A DNA stretch of 63,471 bases, filler included, from Octopus bimaculoides (Eukaryota), in the NCBI RefSeq assembly GCF_001194135.2. It is 5 parts of 4 records of this genome, joined end to end, with 100 filler letters (N's around TTAATTAATTAA, not from the genome) between each part and the next. Parts side by side here need not be neighbours in the genome. Positions count along the whole stretch, not along the records: positions 59,463 to 63,471 come from NC_069005.1; 4 more parts are not named here. One strand, written 5' to 3'. Positions 63,326-63,471 of the stretch are shown piece after piece; within the stretch, counting starts at the first letter, position 1, and the number at the start of each line of letters is the position of its first letter. The notes under the pieces were generated by a model that was not told where the DNA came from, ran no database searches, and worked only from the letters and a program-made list of their open reading frames with translations. The translations under genes and the position numbers were made by a program.

Positions 63326-63471
63326 TGTGTATTTCTTCTATCTTAATGAATAAAAATTCTTCTGATAGAATAAATGGGTTAATAGAAACCAATGTAGCAA
63401 AGAACACAAAATAACTGTGGTTTAGTTAAGTCATAACCTTATCCATCTATTGTTTTCATAATCGGTCATAA

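Overview
Repeat-dominated eukaryotic DNA with many N gaps. The microsatellite load and repeat families suggest a cephalopod, probably an Octopus draft assembly (inference). I found no intact, recognisable host gene. Almost all identifiable coding remnants are decayed transposons: a Penelope-like element (RT + GIY-YIG), RTE, CR1-like, L1/Tx1 and R4/Dong-type (RLE) LINE fragments, and mariner, Tc1 and Chapaev-like transposase fragments. There are also hAT and piggyBac-like MITEs and several tRNA-derived SINE families. The best novel lead is a short element (5323-5560) made of a tRNA-like Pol III head, an (AAT)n linker and a minimal type I hammerhead ribozyme of the Penelope-associated, helix-III-less kind; a second, inverted copy sits head-to-head beside it. 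Secondary leads are (TAA)n-targeted R4-type insertions, a possible exon enclosed by an ~85-bp inverted repeat, a minisatellite carrying RFX X-box motifs, and a CpG-enriched promoter-like block at 10.2-11.3 kb. All family assignments and identity estimates are by eye; no database search was run.
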